From: an uncultured Nanoarchaeota archaeon
GTDB lineage: Archaea; Nanobdellota; Nanobdellia; Pacearchaeales; GW2011-AR1
Direction: 5' to 3'
NCBI GenBank assembly: GCA_963779925.1
Contig: CAVZZS010000002.1
Span: forward strand, 540 to 64,539
Length of the DNA stretch: 64,000 nucleotides
This document shows, one piece after another, positions 43,761-53,115 of the stretch; within the stretch, counting starts at the first letter, position 1, and each line of letters opens with the position of its first letter. The notes under the pieces were generated by a model. The model was not told the DNA's origin. It did no database searches and saw nothing but the letters and a program-made list of their open reading frames with translations. The translations under genes and the position numbers were made by a program.

Positions 43761-44939
43761 ATGGCAAAAATAAGTCCTGTATCAATCAAATATATGATAC
43801 ATGCAAATTTCGCAGTAGAAGGTTTTTTGGAAAAACCAGATGTTATAGGCGCACTTTTCGGACAGACTGAAGGTTTGCTCGGATCTGACCTTGAAATGAG
43901 AGAGCTTCAGAAAGAAGGAAAGATAGGAAGAATCGAGGTAGAACTTGAAAAAAAAGAAAAAAGGACTATCGGGAAAATTCAAATTCCTACTGCTTTAGAT
44001 CAATCTGAAACAGCATTAATAGCAGCAGCGATAGAAACTATTGAAAGAATAGGGCCATGCGACGCACAGATTGAAGTTGAAAAGATAGAAGATGTAAGAG
44101 GAAGCAAAAGAGAATACATCGTCGACAGAGCTAAAAAACTCATGAAAGAACTTCAGGGTGAAACAAGCTCAAGAGAAATATCAACTGAAATCAGAAGCGC
44201 AACAAGGGCAGCCGATATGAATGAATACGGAGAGGACAAACTTCCTTCCGGTGATTTATCCGGCCAGGAAATAATCGTTGTTGAAGGCAGAGCAGATGTT
44301 GTTAACTTGATGAGAAACGGAGTTAATAATGTTATAGCGATGAATGGCACAAAGTTGCCTAAGAGTGTCAGCGATTTAAGTCTTGAAAAAGATTTAACCC
44401 TCTTTGTCGATGGAGACAGAGGAGGAAAGCTGATAATTCAGAATGTCATTGACAATGCAAGAGTCAAGGATATTGCCGTAGCTCCAAGCGGAAAAGAAGT
44501 TGAAGAGCTCACAGGCAAGGAAATCCTTCAAGCATTAAGAAAAAAGATGCCTGTAAAAGAATTTTTATCGATGGATAGGTCTGAAAGGACCTATTCCTCT
44601 TCTTATAATCATGAATATGACAATCATAGAAGTCCAATGCCGGTTAAAACTGAAGAAAAGAGCATAGAATTAGACGAAGGCAAATTGGAAAGCATATATA
44701 ATAAAATAAGGGGAAGCGGGAAAGCATTAACACTTGATGGTAATCTTAATGAAATGAAAGAAGTTTCAGTAAGAGGATTGAGCCTTTCTTTAAAGAGATC
44801 TAGAGACATTAGAGCAATTGTCATGGATGGAACTGCAACAAATACATTGATAAAAACAGCTGAAGAAGAAGGCTGCAAGGTTATTGTCGCAAAGAACTTC
44901 ACAACAACAGATACAAGAATAAAATTATTGAGTTTCTAA
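43761..44939 (+). CDS. dnaG: Archaeal DnaG (Toprim-domain primase-like, exosome-associated)
   Basis: KYMIHANFAVEGFLEKPDVIGALFGQTEGLLGSDLEMRELQKEGKIGRIEV is the conserved archaeal DnaG N-terminus. Toprim motifs: IIVVEGRADVVNL...FVDGDRGG. Confidence 0.9.
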   Translation: MAKISPVSIKYMIHANFAVEGFLEKPDVIGALFGQTEGLLGSDLEMRELQKEGKIGRIEVELEKKEKRTIGKIQIPTALDQSETALIAAAIETIERIGPCDAQIEVEKIEDVRGSKREYIVDRAKKLMKELQGETSSREISTEIRSATRAADMNEYGEDKLPSGDLSGQEIIVVEGRADVVNLMRNGVNNVIAMNGTKLPKSVSDLSLEKDLTLFVDGDRGGKLIIQNVIDNARVKDIAVAPSGKEVEELTGKEILQALRKKMPVKEFLSMDRSERTYSSSYNHEYDNHRSPMPVKTEEKSIELDEGKLESIYNKIRGSGKALTLDGNLNEMKEVSVRGLSLSLKRSRDIRAIVMDGTATNTLIKTAEEEGCKVIVAKNFTTTDTRIKLLSF

Positions 44940-45287
44940 TTCTACAGGGTCTTTGTTTTTATAAAAAACTCTGGAAGTATATCCATGATTTTTAAAATTT
45001 TTACAGAGATTCTTAGCTATTCTTTCATGGTCTGGCTCATATAGCATAATATCAACAGAATTAAAACTGGCTAAATCCCGATATTCTACAGTTTCACCAT
45101 TAAGAGTATACAAAGACATAACATTTCCATCTCTATCAAGAGTCAAATATCCGACAAGCAATTGCCCATCAAGCATTTTATCCCATTCTAATCTGTATCT
45201 GTTTCCTTCTTTTTTTATTGTTTGTCTAACTAGGGCAGTAAGATCTCTTCTTTTGCTCTTTGCTTCATTTCTCTTTAAGATTTTCAT
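44925..45287 (-). CDS. Hypothetical protein (120 aa from the re-assigned start)
   Basis: The internal ATG 45287 (MKILKRNEAK...) has an exact tttataaa at 45309-45316. The track start at 45326 does not have this. Confidence 0.4.
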   Translation of the reverse strand: MKILKRNEAKSKRRDLTALVRQTIKKEGNRYRLEWDKMLDGQLLVGYLTLDRDGNVMSLYTLNGETVEYRDLASFNSVDIMLYEPDHERIAKNLCKNFKNHGYTSRVFYKNKDPVELETQ

Positions 45288-45489
45288 AAGATTAATTCCA
45301 AATACTGATTTATAAATCTTGTGCATTTATAACTCTATAATAGTAACAAACCGCTTGATATTTAAATTGCTAAAATAATTCACCGTCTGTAAGCACAATC
45401 AGTGAACCGATTTAGTACTATAAAATTACTCTATTCTGTTATCACAACAAAGTTTATAAAGAAATTTTAGGTTCAAAATTTGAATTAAA

Positions 45490-46668
45490 ATGAACAAGCA
45501 AAAAACATTCTGGGTTTCATTTTTAGCTATAGCGAGTGTCTTAGTTTTGATGAGTTTTGCTTCTGCTGATGTAAATGTTACATCTGTAAAAGTCAATTCA
45601 CTCGAAACAATTGGCTCAAATGTTTCAGTTCTTGCAGGTAATAATGTCCCTATAACAATTACCTTTACAGCAAATTCTAACGAATCCAATGTAAGATTAA
45701 GAGCTGAATTTCAGGGGCCTAATGGAGACGTTCAGAATGAGATTTTTGTTGGTGACGTTGAAGCAAATCAGACATATGTAGAGTCTTTGAATTTGAATGT
45801 TCCCTCCAACATTGGGGACATACAAAGCGATAACCTTAACCTTGTTTTAACTGTCTGGAATGGAAATTTCCAGAATCAGAAAATAACAACATTAAGAGAT
45901 CAGAGACAATCTTACAATGTCGGGGTAATGTCTTTGAGTACTTTGGACAGCGCAAATGCTGGAAGTCTTCTTCCGGTAAATGTTGTTCTTAAGAATACAG
46001 GCTACAATCAGTTAAGCGACCTTTATGTAACTGTCAGTATTCCTGCATTGGGACTTCAAAGAACAGCCTATTTTGGGGACTTGACAAACCCAACAAGCAA
46101 CAATGACACAACAAGCGGAACAGTATATATCCAGTTGCCTTACAATGCAACTCAAGGCACATATACAGTTCAGGCAGAAGTAAGAAACAGCTATCTGGAC
46201 GCAACAGCTTCAGACACTTTCTTGGTTAACAATGAATTCCAAAGCAATGTTATTGCAGACAATTCTCAGCAGACATCTGGAATTGGACAGGATGTTACAT
46301 ACAGTTTGGAAGTAGTAAATCCTACAAGCAACATCCAAATCTATCAGATTGTCCCTCAGACAACCTCAGGGGTAACAATATCCACTGATTCAATAGTTAC
46401 TGTTCCTGCCGGTTCAAGCAGAACTGTATCTTTGATTGCAAAAGCAAGCTCAGCTGGAAATTACAACATGAGTGTTAATGTCTTTTCCGGAGGACAGCTT
46501 ACAGGCGATGTAACTCTTGCTTTGAATGCAGAGGGTGGAGCTTCGAATCCAGTAGTTATCTTGACAATTGTTCTGGCAATAATCTTTGTAGTTCTTTTAG
46601 TGGTTCTTCTTGTCTTGGTTACAAAAAAACCTAAGAAGCAGGAAGGATTCAACGAAAGCTACTACTAA
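45490..46668 (+). CDS. Cell-surface protein: signal peptide, Ig-like/CARDB-like repeats, C-terminal TM anchor
   Basis: N-terminal FWVSFLAIASVLVLMSFASA. N/T/S/V-rich beta-type repeats (LNLNVPSN..., VNVVLKNTGYNQLSDLYVTVSIP, YSLEVVNPTSN). C-terminal VVILTIVLAIIFVVLLVVLLVLV-KKPKK. Confidence 0.6.
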   Translation: MNKQKTFWVSFLAIASVLVLMSFASADVNVTSVKVNSLETIGSNVSVLAGNNVPITITFTANSNESNVRLRAEFQGPNGDVQNEIFVGDVEANQTYVESLNLNVPSNIGDIQSDNLNLVLTVWNGNFQNQKITTLRDQRQSYNVGVMSLSTLDSANAGSLLPVNVVLKNTGYNQLSDLYVTVSIPALGLQRTAYFGDLTNPTSNNDTTSGTVYIQLPYNATQGTYTVQAEVRNSYLDATASDTFLVNNEFQSNVIADNSQQTSGIGQDVTYSLEVVNPTSNIQIYQIVPQTTSGVTISTDSIVTVPAGSSRTVSLIAKASSAGNYNMSVNVFSGGQLTGDVTLALNAEGGASNPVVILTIVLAIIFVVLLVVLLVLVTKKPKKQEGFNESYY

Positions 46669-46749
46669 ACCTTTTTCTTTTATTTTTTATTTTTTGATTA
46701 TATACTGAGATTCATAAAAGTATAAAAAGGAATTTTTTGGTAGATAGTG

Positions 46750-47163
46750 ATGGATAATATTGAAAAAGCGACACGCTATTTGACTTTTAATTCTGTTTCT
46801 AATTTACTTGAAGCGAGACGAAATCCTGATGAAATTGATAAGTTAAAAATAGATACCGCACAGGATTGCTTCGAAGAATATGCAAAAGGATTGGAAGGTT
46901 TCTTTAGCCAGCAAGTTTCTTTTTTAGATATTAGGGAAGTTATAAGAGCTTTTGGCTGGAACTTTGAGAATACCAGTAAAAAAATTAGAAGTGACCAGAG
47001 CCAGTTATTAAGAGAATATCAGTTGCGATTAGAAAAATTAAGAAATAACCCTGCTATTTTTTATTTGGATACATGGAGTTATGGATGTTTATTAGAGACC
47101 TGCAAAAAATTAAGCAGTCTATATGATGATAAAGGCGCTTTGATGATAAAAGCGGGGTATTAA
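46750..47163 (+). CDS. Hypothetical protein (137 aa)
   Basis: ORF with a tataaaaa octamer at 46721-46728. Confidence 0.4.
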   Translation: MDNIEKATRYLTFNSVSNLLEARRNPDEIDKLKIDTAQDCFEEYAKGLEGFFSQQVSFLDIREVIRAFGWNFENTSKKIRSDQSQLLREYQLRLEKLRNNPAIFYLDTWSYGCLLETCKKLSSLYDDKGALMIKAGY

Positions 47164-50018
47164 GCCCTCAAACTAATTACCTTGCTTACTCCATCATTCA
47201 TGCTTACTCCATAAAGATTTGTCGCATTCAATATAATATCATCATTATGAGAGGTCACAATATACTGCCCCTTTTCCATGTATTTCTTCAATAGGATTGC
47301 AAGCTTCTCTGAATTCCTTTTATCAAGAGCCGCATCAATTTCATCAAGCAAATAGAAAGGATAAGGCTTCAATTCCTGTATTGCAAATATCAATGATAGG
47401 GCCACAAGAGTCTGCTCTCCTCCTGAAAGAGAAGCAACATCAAAGTATTTTCCATGCCCCGTTTTTAAGATTACATTTACCCCGCCTTCAAATGGCTCCT
47501 GCTTGTTCTCTATTTCTAGAGATACCTGCCCCTTGGAATTCAATTCTGAAAAGTTCTTTGAGAATATCTCATTTAGTGAATTGAAGGTCTTCAGGAAAGT
47601 CTTCTTTTTTCTGAAATCAATTTCTTTTATGACGTCCAGAATATTCTGCTTTTCTCCATCAATTATAATCATTTTCTCCTTTATCGAGTCATATTCTTTT
47701 TTGACAGAATCATAGACTTCAAGAGAACGCAGATTCACAGACCCTATATTCGACAAAATTTCCTGGGTCTTAAGAAGCCGCTCTACGAGCGATTCCCTAT
47801 TTGTCTTTATTTTTTCAACTCCTTCAAATCCCTGCAATTCTATCTTAAGATTCTCAAATTCAGCATTGAATTTAGCCTCTTCAATTTTCAAATTGTTTAT
47901 GTCCTGCTCTATATTGTAGGTCTTATTCTGATGCTGGGACAATTCAATCTGCTTGTCCCTTACATTCTTCTGCAGCTCATCCCTCTCAGAGATTAATTTC
48001 CTGAATCTTTCTGTAAGAATTTCTTCCTCTTTTCTCTTTCCATCAAGAACAGTATTCCTTTCTCTTATAGAATTTTTGAAACCGGAAATTTCGCCTTTCA
48101 GTTCTTCTTCATTTCCCACTAATTGCCTCAGAGAAGATTTTATTCTCTCAATTTCCCTTTGCTTGAAAGTAATTTCTGAGCCAAGATCTTCTTCATCAAT
48201 AAGAGGAATATCCTGCACCCTTAACCTTAATTCTTCGTATCTCTTTTCAATATCGGAGTCCGCATCTACCTGCTTTCCGAGGTAGGATTTCTTTTTCTCA
48301 ACTTCTGCAATTTCTTTGTTTAAGGATTCTATTTTCTCCTGCAGATTCTTTATCTGATTCTTCTTGTCTTCAATTTTGGACATTATCATAAAATCAGATT
48401 CGCGCTTTGATATTTCTGCATTCGTATCTTCAATTTCCTGCCTTAACATTTTCTTTCTATGTATAATCTCGCCAAGATTCGCATCCGCTTTTTCTATCTC
48501 CCTTTTCAAGGATTCAATTTTCTCCGAAGTTTCTTTGCTTATCGAATGGACATGCTCTTCGGTAATTTTGTTTTTGCAGACAGGGCAGATATCCATTTTA
48601 GAGATCTTAACTATCAAATTATTCTGATTGTCAATCTCATGCTCATTGGAATAAGTTATCTTTTCAAGCTTCAGCTCTTCCTTCTCGATATTTTCAAGCA
48701 ATTCTTTTTTCTCCAATAATGAGACTTTCAGATGATCAAGCAGAGATTGATCTGTTTTTTTGTCAAACAAATCTTTTGCAAGAGACTTAATCTGTTCGAG
48801 CAGAAATTTTGATTCTTGGTAGTATCCTTTTAATATCAATTGCTTGTCTTCCAATCTTTCCTGAATTGTCTTAAATTCTGATTTTATAAGATAGAATTTT
48901 CGCCTTTGAAGCTCCAGACTTTCAAGCTCGCTGTTTTTCTGCTCTATATCTTTTCTTTTTACAACCGTCTTGGGATTTTCCTTCCGCATTTTTTCGATAT
49001 CAGAATTTAATTCAGCCAGATTTTTATTCGAGGTTTCTTTTTGCCTCAAGATTTCCTTCAGCCTGTTTTCATTCCCTTCCAGCCTTGCATTCAGAGTCGC
49101 CAATTCTGCCCTCAGGTCTGTAATCTCCTGATTGAGCTTCTCCTGCTCCAATCCAGTAGAGGTCTGGATTCTGGAATTCATTGAAATGATTTTTGATTCT
49201 ATGTTGCTGATCAAATTTTGTGTATTGAGTATTTCTTTTTTTACCTTGTCTTTATCCTTATTTCTTTCAGAGATTTTGGCTTTGACTTCTTCCACTTCTT
49301 TTTCTTTTTTCATCAAATCAGAATAGATTATGCTTGCCTTGAATTTTTTGACATCTTCCTCAAGTTTTTTGAATTTCAATGCCTGCTGCCTTTCTTTCTC
49401 GAGATTATTCATGTAAGCTGTTCTCTCCCTCAGGATTGTGGAAATTTCTTTTAATCTTTCATCTGTCTTATCCAGTTCTTTCAAGGACTTCTCTTTTCTT
49501 ATCTCATAGATTGAAATTCCCGCTATTTCTTCTATGATTTTTCTTCTTTCTTCTGTATGCATTTTCACGAAATTCTGTATCTCCCCCTGGAGGATTATGT
49601 TGAATCCGTTAGGATCTATTCCCGCCTGAGCCAGCAATGAAAGAACATCTTGCCTTGTTTTTGCTTCATCATTTATCTTGTATATTCCCTGCCCATTTTT
49701 TCTTACAATCCTTGTGATAGAAATCTCGTCTTTGTCTATGCTGAAAGTCTTGTCTGAATTGTCAAATACCAGTTCCACAAAGGCTTCTCCTGCCCCGCCC
49801 ACAAATTTATTTCCCTGAAAAATAAGATTGCTTGATTTTGAGGCTCTCATTGATTTGGCATTCAATCTTCCAAAAACAAAACAAAGCGCATCAGTTATAT
49901 TGCTCTTACCAGAACCATTTGGGCCCATAATCACGTTTATTTTGGGAACAAAGGGAATTTCTGTTTTTTTTGCAAAACTCTTGAATCCTTTCATCACCAA
50001 TTTTTTTATGTAAGTCAT
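47160..50018 (-). CDS. smc: SMC-family ATPase lacking a hinge domain, with a central CPVC zinc-hook motif
   Basis: N-terminal head: KGFKSF...IMGPNGSGKSNITDALCFVFG...MRAS...LIFQG...ILQGEIQNF...ERRKIIEEIAG. C-terminal head: LSGGEQTLVALSLIFAIQELKPYPFYLLDEIDAALD. The middle is continuous coiled coil with CPVCKNKITEEH at residues 478-489 of 952 (CPVC = nt 48576-48587). Confidence 0.85.
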   Translation of the reverse strand: MTYIKKLVMKGFKSFAKKTEIPFVPKINVIMGPNGSGKSNITDALCFVFGRLNAKSMRASKSSNLIFQGNKFVGGAGEAFVELVFDNSDKTFSIDKDEISITRIVRKNGQGIYKINDEAKTRQDVLSLLAQAGIDPNGFNIILQGEIQNFVKMHTEERRKIIEEIAGISIYEIRKEKSLKELDKTDERLKEISTILRERTAYMNNLEKERQQALKFKKLEEDVKKFKASIIYSDLMKKEKEVEEVKAKISERNKDKDKVKKEILNTQNLISNIESKIISMNSRIQTSTGLEQEKLNQEITDLRAELATLNARLEGNENRLKEILRQKETSNKNLAELNSDIEKMRKENPKTVVKRKDIEQKNSELESLELQRRKFYLIKSEFKTIQERLEDKQLILKGYYQESKFLLEQIKSLAKDLFDKKTDQSLLDHLKVSLLEKKELLENIEKEELKLEKITYSNEHEIDNQNNLIVKISKMDICPVCKNKITEEHVHSISKETSEKIESLKREIEKADANLGEIIHRKKMLRQEIEDTNAEISKRESDFMIMSKIEDKKNQIKNLQEKIESLNKEIAEVEKKKSYLGKQVDADSDIEKRYEELRLRVQDIPLIDEEDLGSEITFKQREIERIKSSLRQLVGNEEELKGEISGFKNSIRERNTVLDGKRKEEEILTERFRKLISERDELQKNVRDKQIELSQHQNKTYNIEQDINNLKIEEAKFNAEFENLKIELQGFEGVEKIKTNRESLVERLLKTQEILSNIGSVNLRSLEVYDSVKKEYDSIKEKMIIIDGEKQNILDVIKEIDFRKKKTFLKTFNSLNEIFSKNFSELNSKGQVSLEIENKQEPFEGGVNVILKTGHGKYFDVASLSGGEQTLVALSLIFAIQELKPYPFYLLDEIDAALDKRNSEKLAILLKKYMEKGQYIVTSHNDDIILNATNLYGVSMNDGVSKVISLRA

Positions 50019-50056
50019 TGTAAAAACAGGGAGACAGAATTTTTAAAGATATATTA

Positions 50057-50725
50057 TCAGAACTGATCAAGCTTTTTCTGATTGGCTTTTGATACTGCAA
50101 CCTTCCAAGTCGACCAGGTTTTTCTGAAAATCCCTTCCTGCTCATATTTTTTCAGATTTTCTTCCAGAAATTTTATTGTTGTTGGATCATGACAGTACCC
50201 AGAGCCGAGATCTCCATATTTATCGTTTAATGTATCCATTTCCCTGTCGCGGACGCATTTAGCCAGAATAGAAGCAGCAGATGTCGCGATATGATTTTGA
50301 TCCGCCTTATGTTCACAGATAAGATCAATATTAGATTTGTTTTCTATTTTTGATAATACTATCTCTCTCCACTTGTTTGTGTCCGGATTTGGACAATCGA
50401 TTATTACTCTTATTTCTTTGAAGCCTTTGTTTATCTTGTTTATTATTTCTGCGGCAATAATTGCTTCCAACTCGTTCAATTTTATTCCATGCTCATTTTT
50501 ACTTTCTATTTCAACAGGGAGTATGGGGATTATCTCAAATGTCTCTGCAATCTTTTTTATCTCTACTTCCAACTCTTCCCGTTTTTTTCTTGTAAGCTGC
50601 TTGCTGTCCTTTACTCCAAGTTTTTTCAATTTTCCTTCATCTTTCTCATCGATAAGACAGCCTGCAAGAACTAAAGGACCCAATACAGGACCTCTTCCTG
50701 CTTCATCAATTCCTAATTTTAGCAT
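50057..50725 (-). CDS. rnhB: Ribonuclease HII
   Basis: LGIDEAGRGPVLGPLVLAG...SAASILAK..RD. Confidence 0.9.
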   Translation of the reverse strand: MLKLGIDEAGRGPVLGPLVLAGCLIDEKDEGKLKKLGVKDSKQLTRKKREELEVEIKKIAETFEIIPILPVEIESKNEHGIKLNELEAIIAAEIINKINKGFKEIRVIIDCPNPDTNKWREIVLSKIENKSNIDLICEHKADQNHIATSAASILAKCVRDREMDTLNDKYGDLGSGYCHDPTTIKFLEENLKKYEQEGIFRKTWSTWKVAVSKANQKKLDQF

Positions 50726-50736
50726 ACTTCAAGTTC

Positions 50737-51048
50737 TTAGAATTTGTATAAAAACATTTCCATATTTTCTATTTTGCCATCTTTTATAGGAATTCCCTCT
50801 TTTTTCAGCATCTCTATCTTCTTTCTTGTTCCATGAGCAAATCCCCCGACTTCTCCATTGCTTTTTACAACACGATGGCAAGGCACAGCAGGAGCATAGG
50901 GATTTTTATTCATGGCATTTCCAACAGCACGATATGCCTTGGTTCTCAATGCTTTTGCAATAAGTTTGTAGGTTGTGACTTTTCCTTTTGGAACTCTCTT
51001 TAGCAGTGAGTAGCATTTTTGCGAGAAGGAGTCTTCTTTAATCATCAA
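50737..51048 (-). CDS. ogt: Methylated-DNA-protein-cysteine methyltransferase, C-terminal (DNA-binding/active-site) domain only
   Basis: VPKGKVTTYKLIAKAL....YRAVGNAMNKNP....VPCHRVV..NG..GGF contains the PCHRV active site. 103 aa. Confidence 0.8.
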   Translation of the reverse strand: MMIKEDSFSQKCYSLLKRVPKGKVTTYKLIAKALRTKAYRAVGNAMNKNPYAPAVPCHRVVKSNGEVGGFAHGTRKKIEMLKKEGIPIKDGKIENMEMFLYKF

Positions 51049-51063
51049 AGTATTGAAAATAGT

Positions 51064-51270
51064 TTATTCTTTCTCCAAAAGGTCTATGATTTCAGAGAGC
51101 ATATCAATATGCCTGTCTTCATCGACTTTGATTCTGGAGATTGTATTGACTATCTGGGGATTCATGAAATTAATTACGTCTTCCTTATAGTTCTCCCTAG
51201 CTATAATTTCTACGGTTTTTATATCTCTTAACCTTTCTATGAGCTGGGCTTTAGTAGTTATTATCTCCAT
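51064..51270 (-). CDS. Small helical protein, ferritin-like half (E...ExxH)
   Basis: IARENYKED...VDEDRHIDMLSEII. It overlaps the upstream paralogous-looking ORF by 20 nt. Confidence 0.4.
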   Translation of the reverse strand: MEIITTKAQLIERLRDIKTVEIIARENYKEDVINFMNPQIVNTISRIKVDEDRHIDMLSEIIDLLEKE

Positions 51271-51493
51271 TTTCTGTAACCATTTTTATAAGAGCGCTGA
51301 ATAATTGGCTATGGCGTTCTGAATCAGTTGCGATTCTCATCAGTTTATCTCTGACTATGACTTCATCTTTGGCTTTTAGGTCAGATATTCCTTTTAGATA
51401 AGAAACGAATGAACCCATTAAACTTTTCACTAAATCGTCTTCGTATTCTTTTTCTTTTTTAAATCTGTCAAGAGTATCTATGAAGCCTACCAT
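51251..51493 (-). CDS. Small helical protein, ferritin-like half
   Basis: KEKEYEDDLVKSL...IATDSERHSQLFSALI, a helix-loop-helix with acidic/His residues. Confidence 0.4.
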   Translation of the reverse strand: MVGFIDTLDRFKKEKEYEDDLVKSLMGSFVSYLKGISDLKAKDEVIVRDKLMRIATDSERHSQLFSALIKMVTENGDNNY

Positions 51494-51552
51494 TTTCCTT
51501 CTCTTTTGATAGAAATAATTATTTATATCTTTTTCTGTCTTCTAGTATAAAA

Positions 51553-51628
51553 TAGCGGGGGCGGGATTTGAACCACGCGACCTTGAGGTTATGGGCCTCA
51601 CGAGCACTCCAGGCTGCTCCACCCCGCT
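51553..51628 (-). tRNA. tRNA-Met (anticodon CAT), initiator-like A1:U72
   Basis: The reverse complement is AGCGGGG-TG-GAGC-AGCCTGGAGT-GCTC-G-TGAGG-CCCATAA-CCTCA-AGGTC-GCG(T)GG-TTCAAAT-CCCGC-CCCCGCT-A. Confidence 0.8.
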
Positions 51629-51702
51629 GATAATCCCTATTTAAGCTTGTTTTTAAAAGTTTTTAAAGTGCTAATAATTATTTTGTATATCAAAAGAGGA
51701 AG

Positions 51703-52167
51703 ATGATTAACCTAAGACCTTTTCGACAAAGAGCGGATTATTGCGGACCTGCTTCGTTAAAGATGGTTCTGAATCATTTCGGGATTGAAAAAACTGAAAA
51801 GCAAATTGCCAATAGTGTAAAAGCAACACCTGCTCTTGGAATAGAAGCGGAAGATTTGCTGAAAGTTGCAAAAAGATGGGGATTGCAGGGAAGAATCAAA
51901 GACCATTCTGAATTAAAAGATTTAACGCACTGGGTGAAAGAGAAAAAAATACCCGTGATAGTTGAATGGTTCTCTGAAGATGATGGACATTTCTCTGTGG
52001 TTGTAGATATAGATAAAGAAAATGTTTACATACAAGACCCGGAATATGGACATATAAGAGCGATGACTCGGAGTTATTTTCTGAGAGTTTGGTTTACTTT
52101 TCCCACTAAATATTTAAGAAAAGAATCGGATTTAATTCTTAGAAGAATGCTGGTCTTACATAAATAA
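51703..52167 (+). CDS. Peptidase C39-like (papain-fold) cysteine peptidase, stand-alone
   Basis: RQRADYCGPASLKMVLNHFGI (catalytic Cys context), DDGHFSVVVDID (His), YIQDPEYG (Asp). GAGG Shine-Dalgarno motif 5 nt upstream. Confidence 0.68.
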   Translation: MINLRPFRQRADYCGPASLKMVLNHFGIEKTEKQIANSVKATPALGIEAEDLLKVAKRWGLQGRIKDHSELKDLTHWVKEKKIPVIVEWFSEDDGHFSVVVDIDKENVYIQDPEYGHIRAMTRSYFLRVWFTFPTKYLRKESDLILRRMLVLHK

Positions 52168-53028
52168 TTATTTTGCCTCTTTTACCAAAAAATCCAAGAC
52201 TAATCCAATCATTTTATCCCTCTCTTTAGGGAAGAAATCAAATGCGGGCTCTGCATTAATTTCCAGAACAATCCATTTTTCATCCCGTCTAAACAGATCG
52301 ATTCCATAAATGTCTATTTTGAAAGTCTTATTGATTCTTTTAACAATTTCCCTTAATTGCTTATCAATCTTAAATCCCTTCTTGCTATATACCGAGATTC
52401 CAGTAGCCTTCCAGCCTTTGCTTTGCTTTAATGCGGTCTGGACAATTTTTCCATCTATTACTGTTGCCCTATAACAAAGCCCCGATTTGATAAATTCCTG
52501 TGCGATGATGGGCAATCTCTCGCTTCCCTTCTTCCAAAATCTATGGATAATCTTTTCTGCCTCATGCAGATTATCCGCTTTGTCCACGTATTCCCCACAT
52601 GTCCCTTCAACCCTCTTCAGAATAACCGGCCATTGCCCAAAATTTTCAAGTTCTTTTTTTGCAGTTATAACATTACTCGATAAGAGAATAGTTTCAGGCG
52701 TCGGAATTTTATTTTTCTGGCATTTCAGGAAAAACATCCATTTGTCTTCATCATAATAAAAGCTTCTAGAAGTTTCAATTACTTTCTTTCCGAGCTCTTC
52801 AATTGTTTTTGCAATTTCCAAAGATAAATTCTCTGCACTATTGTCAAAAATGATATCACAATCTTTAATCTTATCTTTTAATTCATCTTCAGTCAGATCT
52901 TTATAAGCATTAATCATTACCAATTTTATCCCTTTCTTTTTAGAAATTTTAAGAAAAGCCTTCTCCTCTTTTTTAAGACGAGTTTCATAGAAAATATATC
53001 CGATTGTAGTTTTCTTCATCTCTTTCAT
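52168..53028 (-). CDS. ATP-grasp ligase (RimK-like)
   Basis: WPVILKRVEGTCGEYV, LPIIAQEFI, YGIDLFRRDEKWIVLEINAEPAF are ATP-grasp motifs. The start is re-assigned to ATG 53028 (MKEMKK...), supported by the octamer at 53050-53057. Confidence 0.78.
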   Translation of the reverse strand: MKEMKKTTIGYIFYETRLKKEEKAFLKISKKKGIKLVMINAYKDLTEDELKDKIKDCDIIFDNSAENLSLEIAKTIEELGKKVIETSRSFYYDEDKWMFFLKCQKNKIPTPETILLSSNVITAKKELENFGQWPVILKRVEGTCGEYVDKADNLHEAEKIIHRFWKKGSERLPIIAQEFIKSGLCYRATVIDGKIVQTALKQSKGWKATGISVYSKKGFKIDKQLREIVKRINKTFKIDIYGIDLFRRDEKWIVLEINAEPAFDFFPKERDKMIGLVLDFLVKEAK

Positions 53029-53115
53029 AGAACCCACAGAAAAATAATATATAAAGTTTTGGAAGAAAAACATAAAATAATAAACTTTAAATCCCCATTA
53101 AAACCAGTAATTTGA

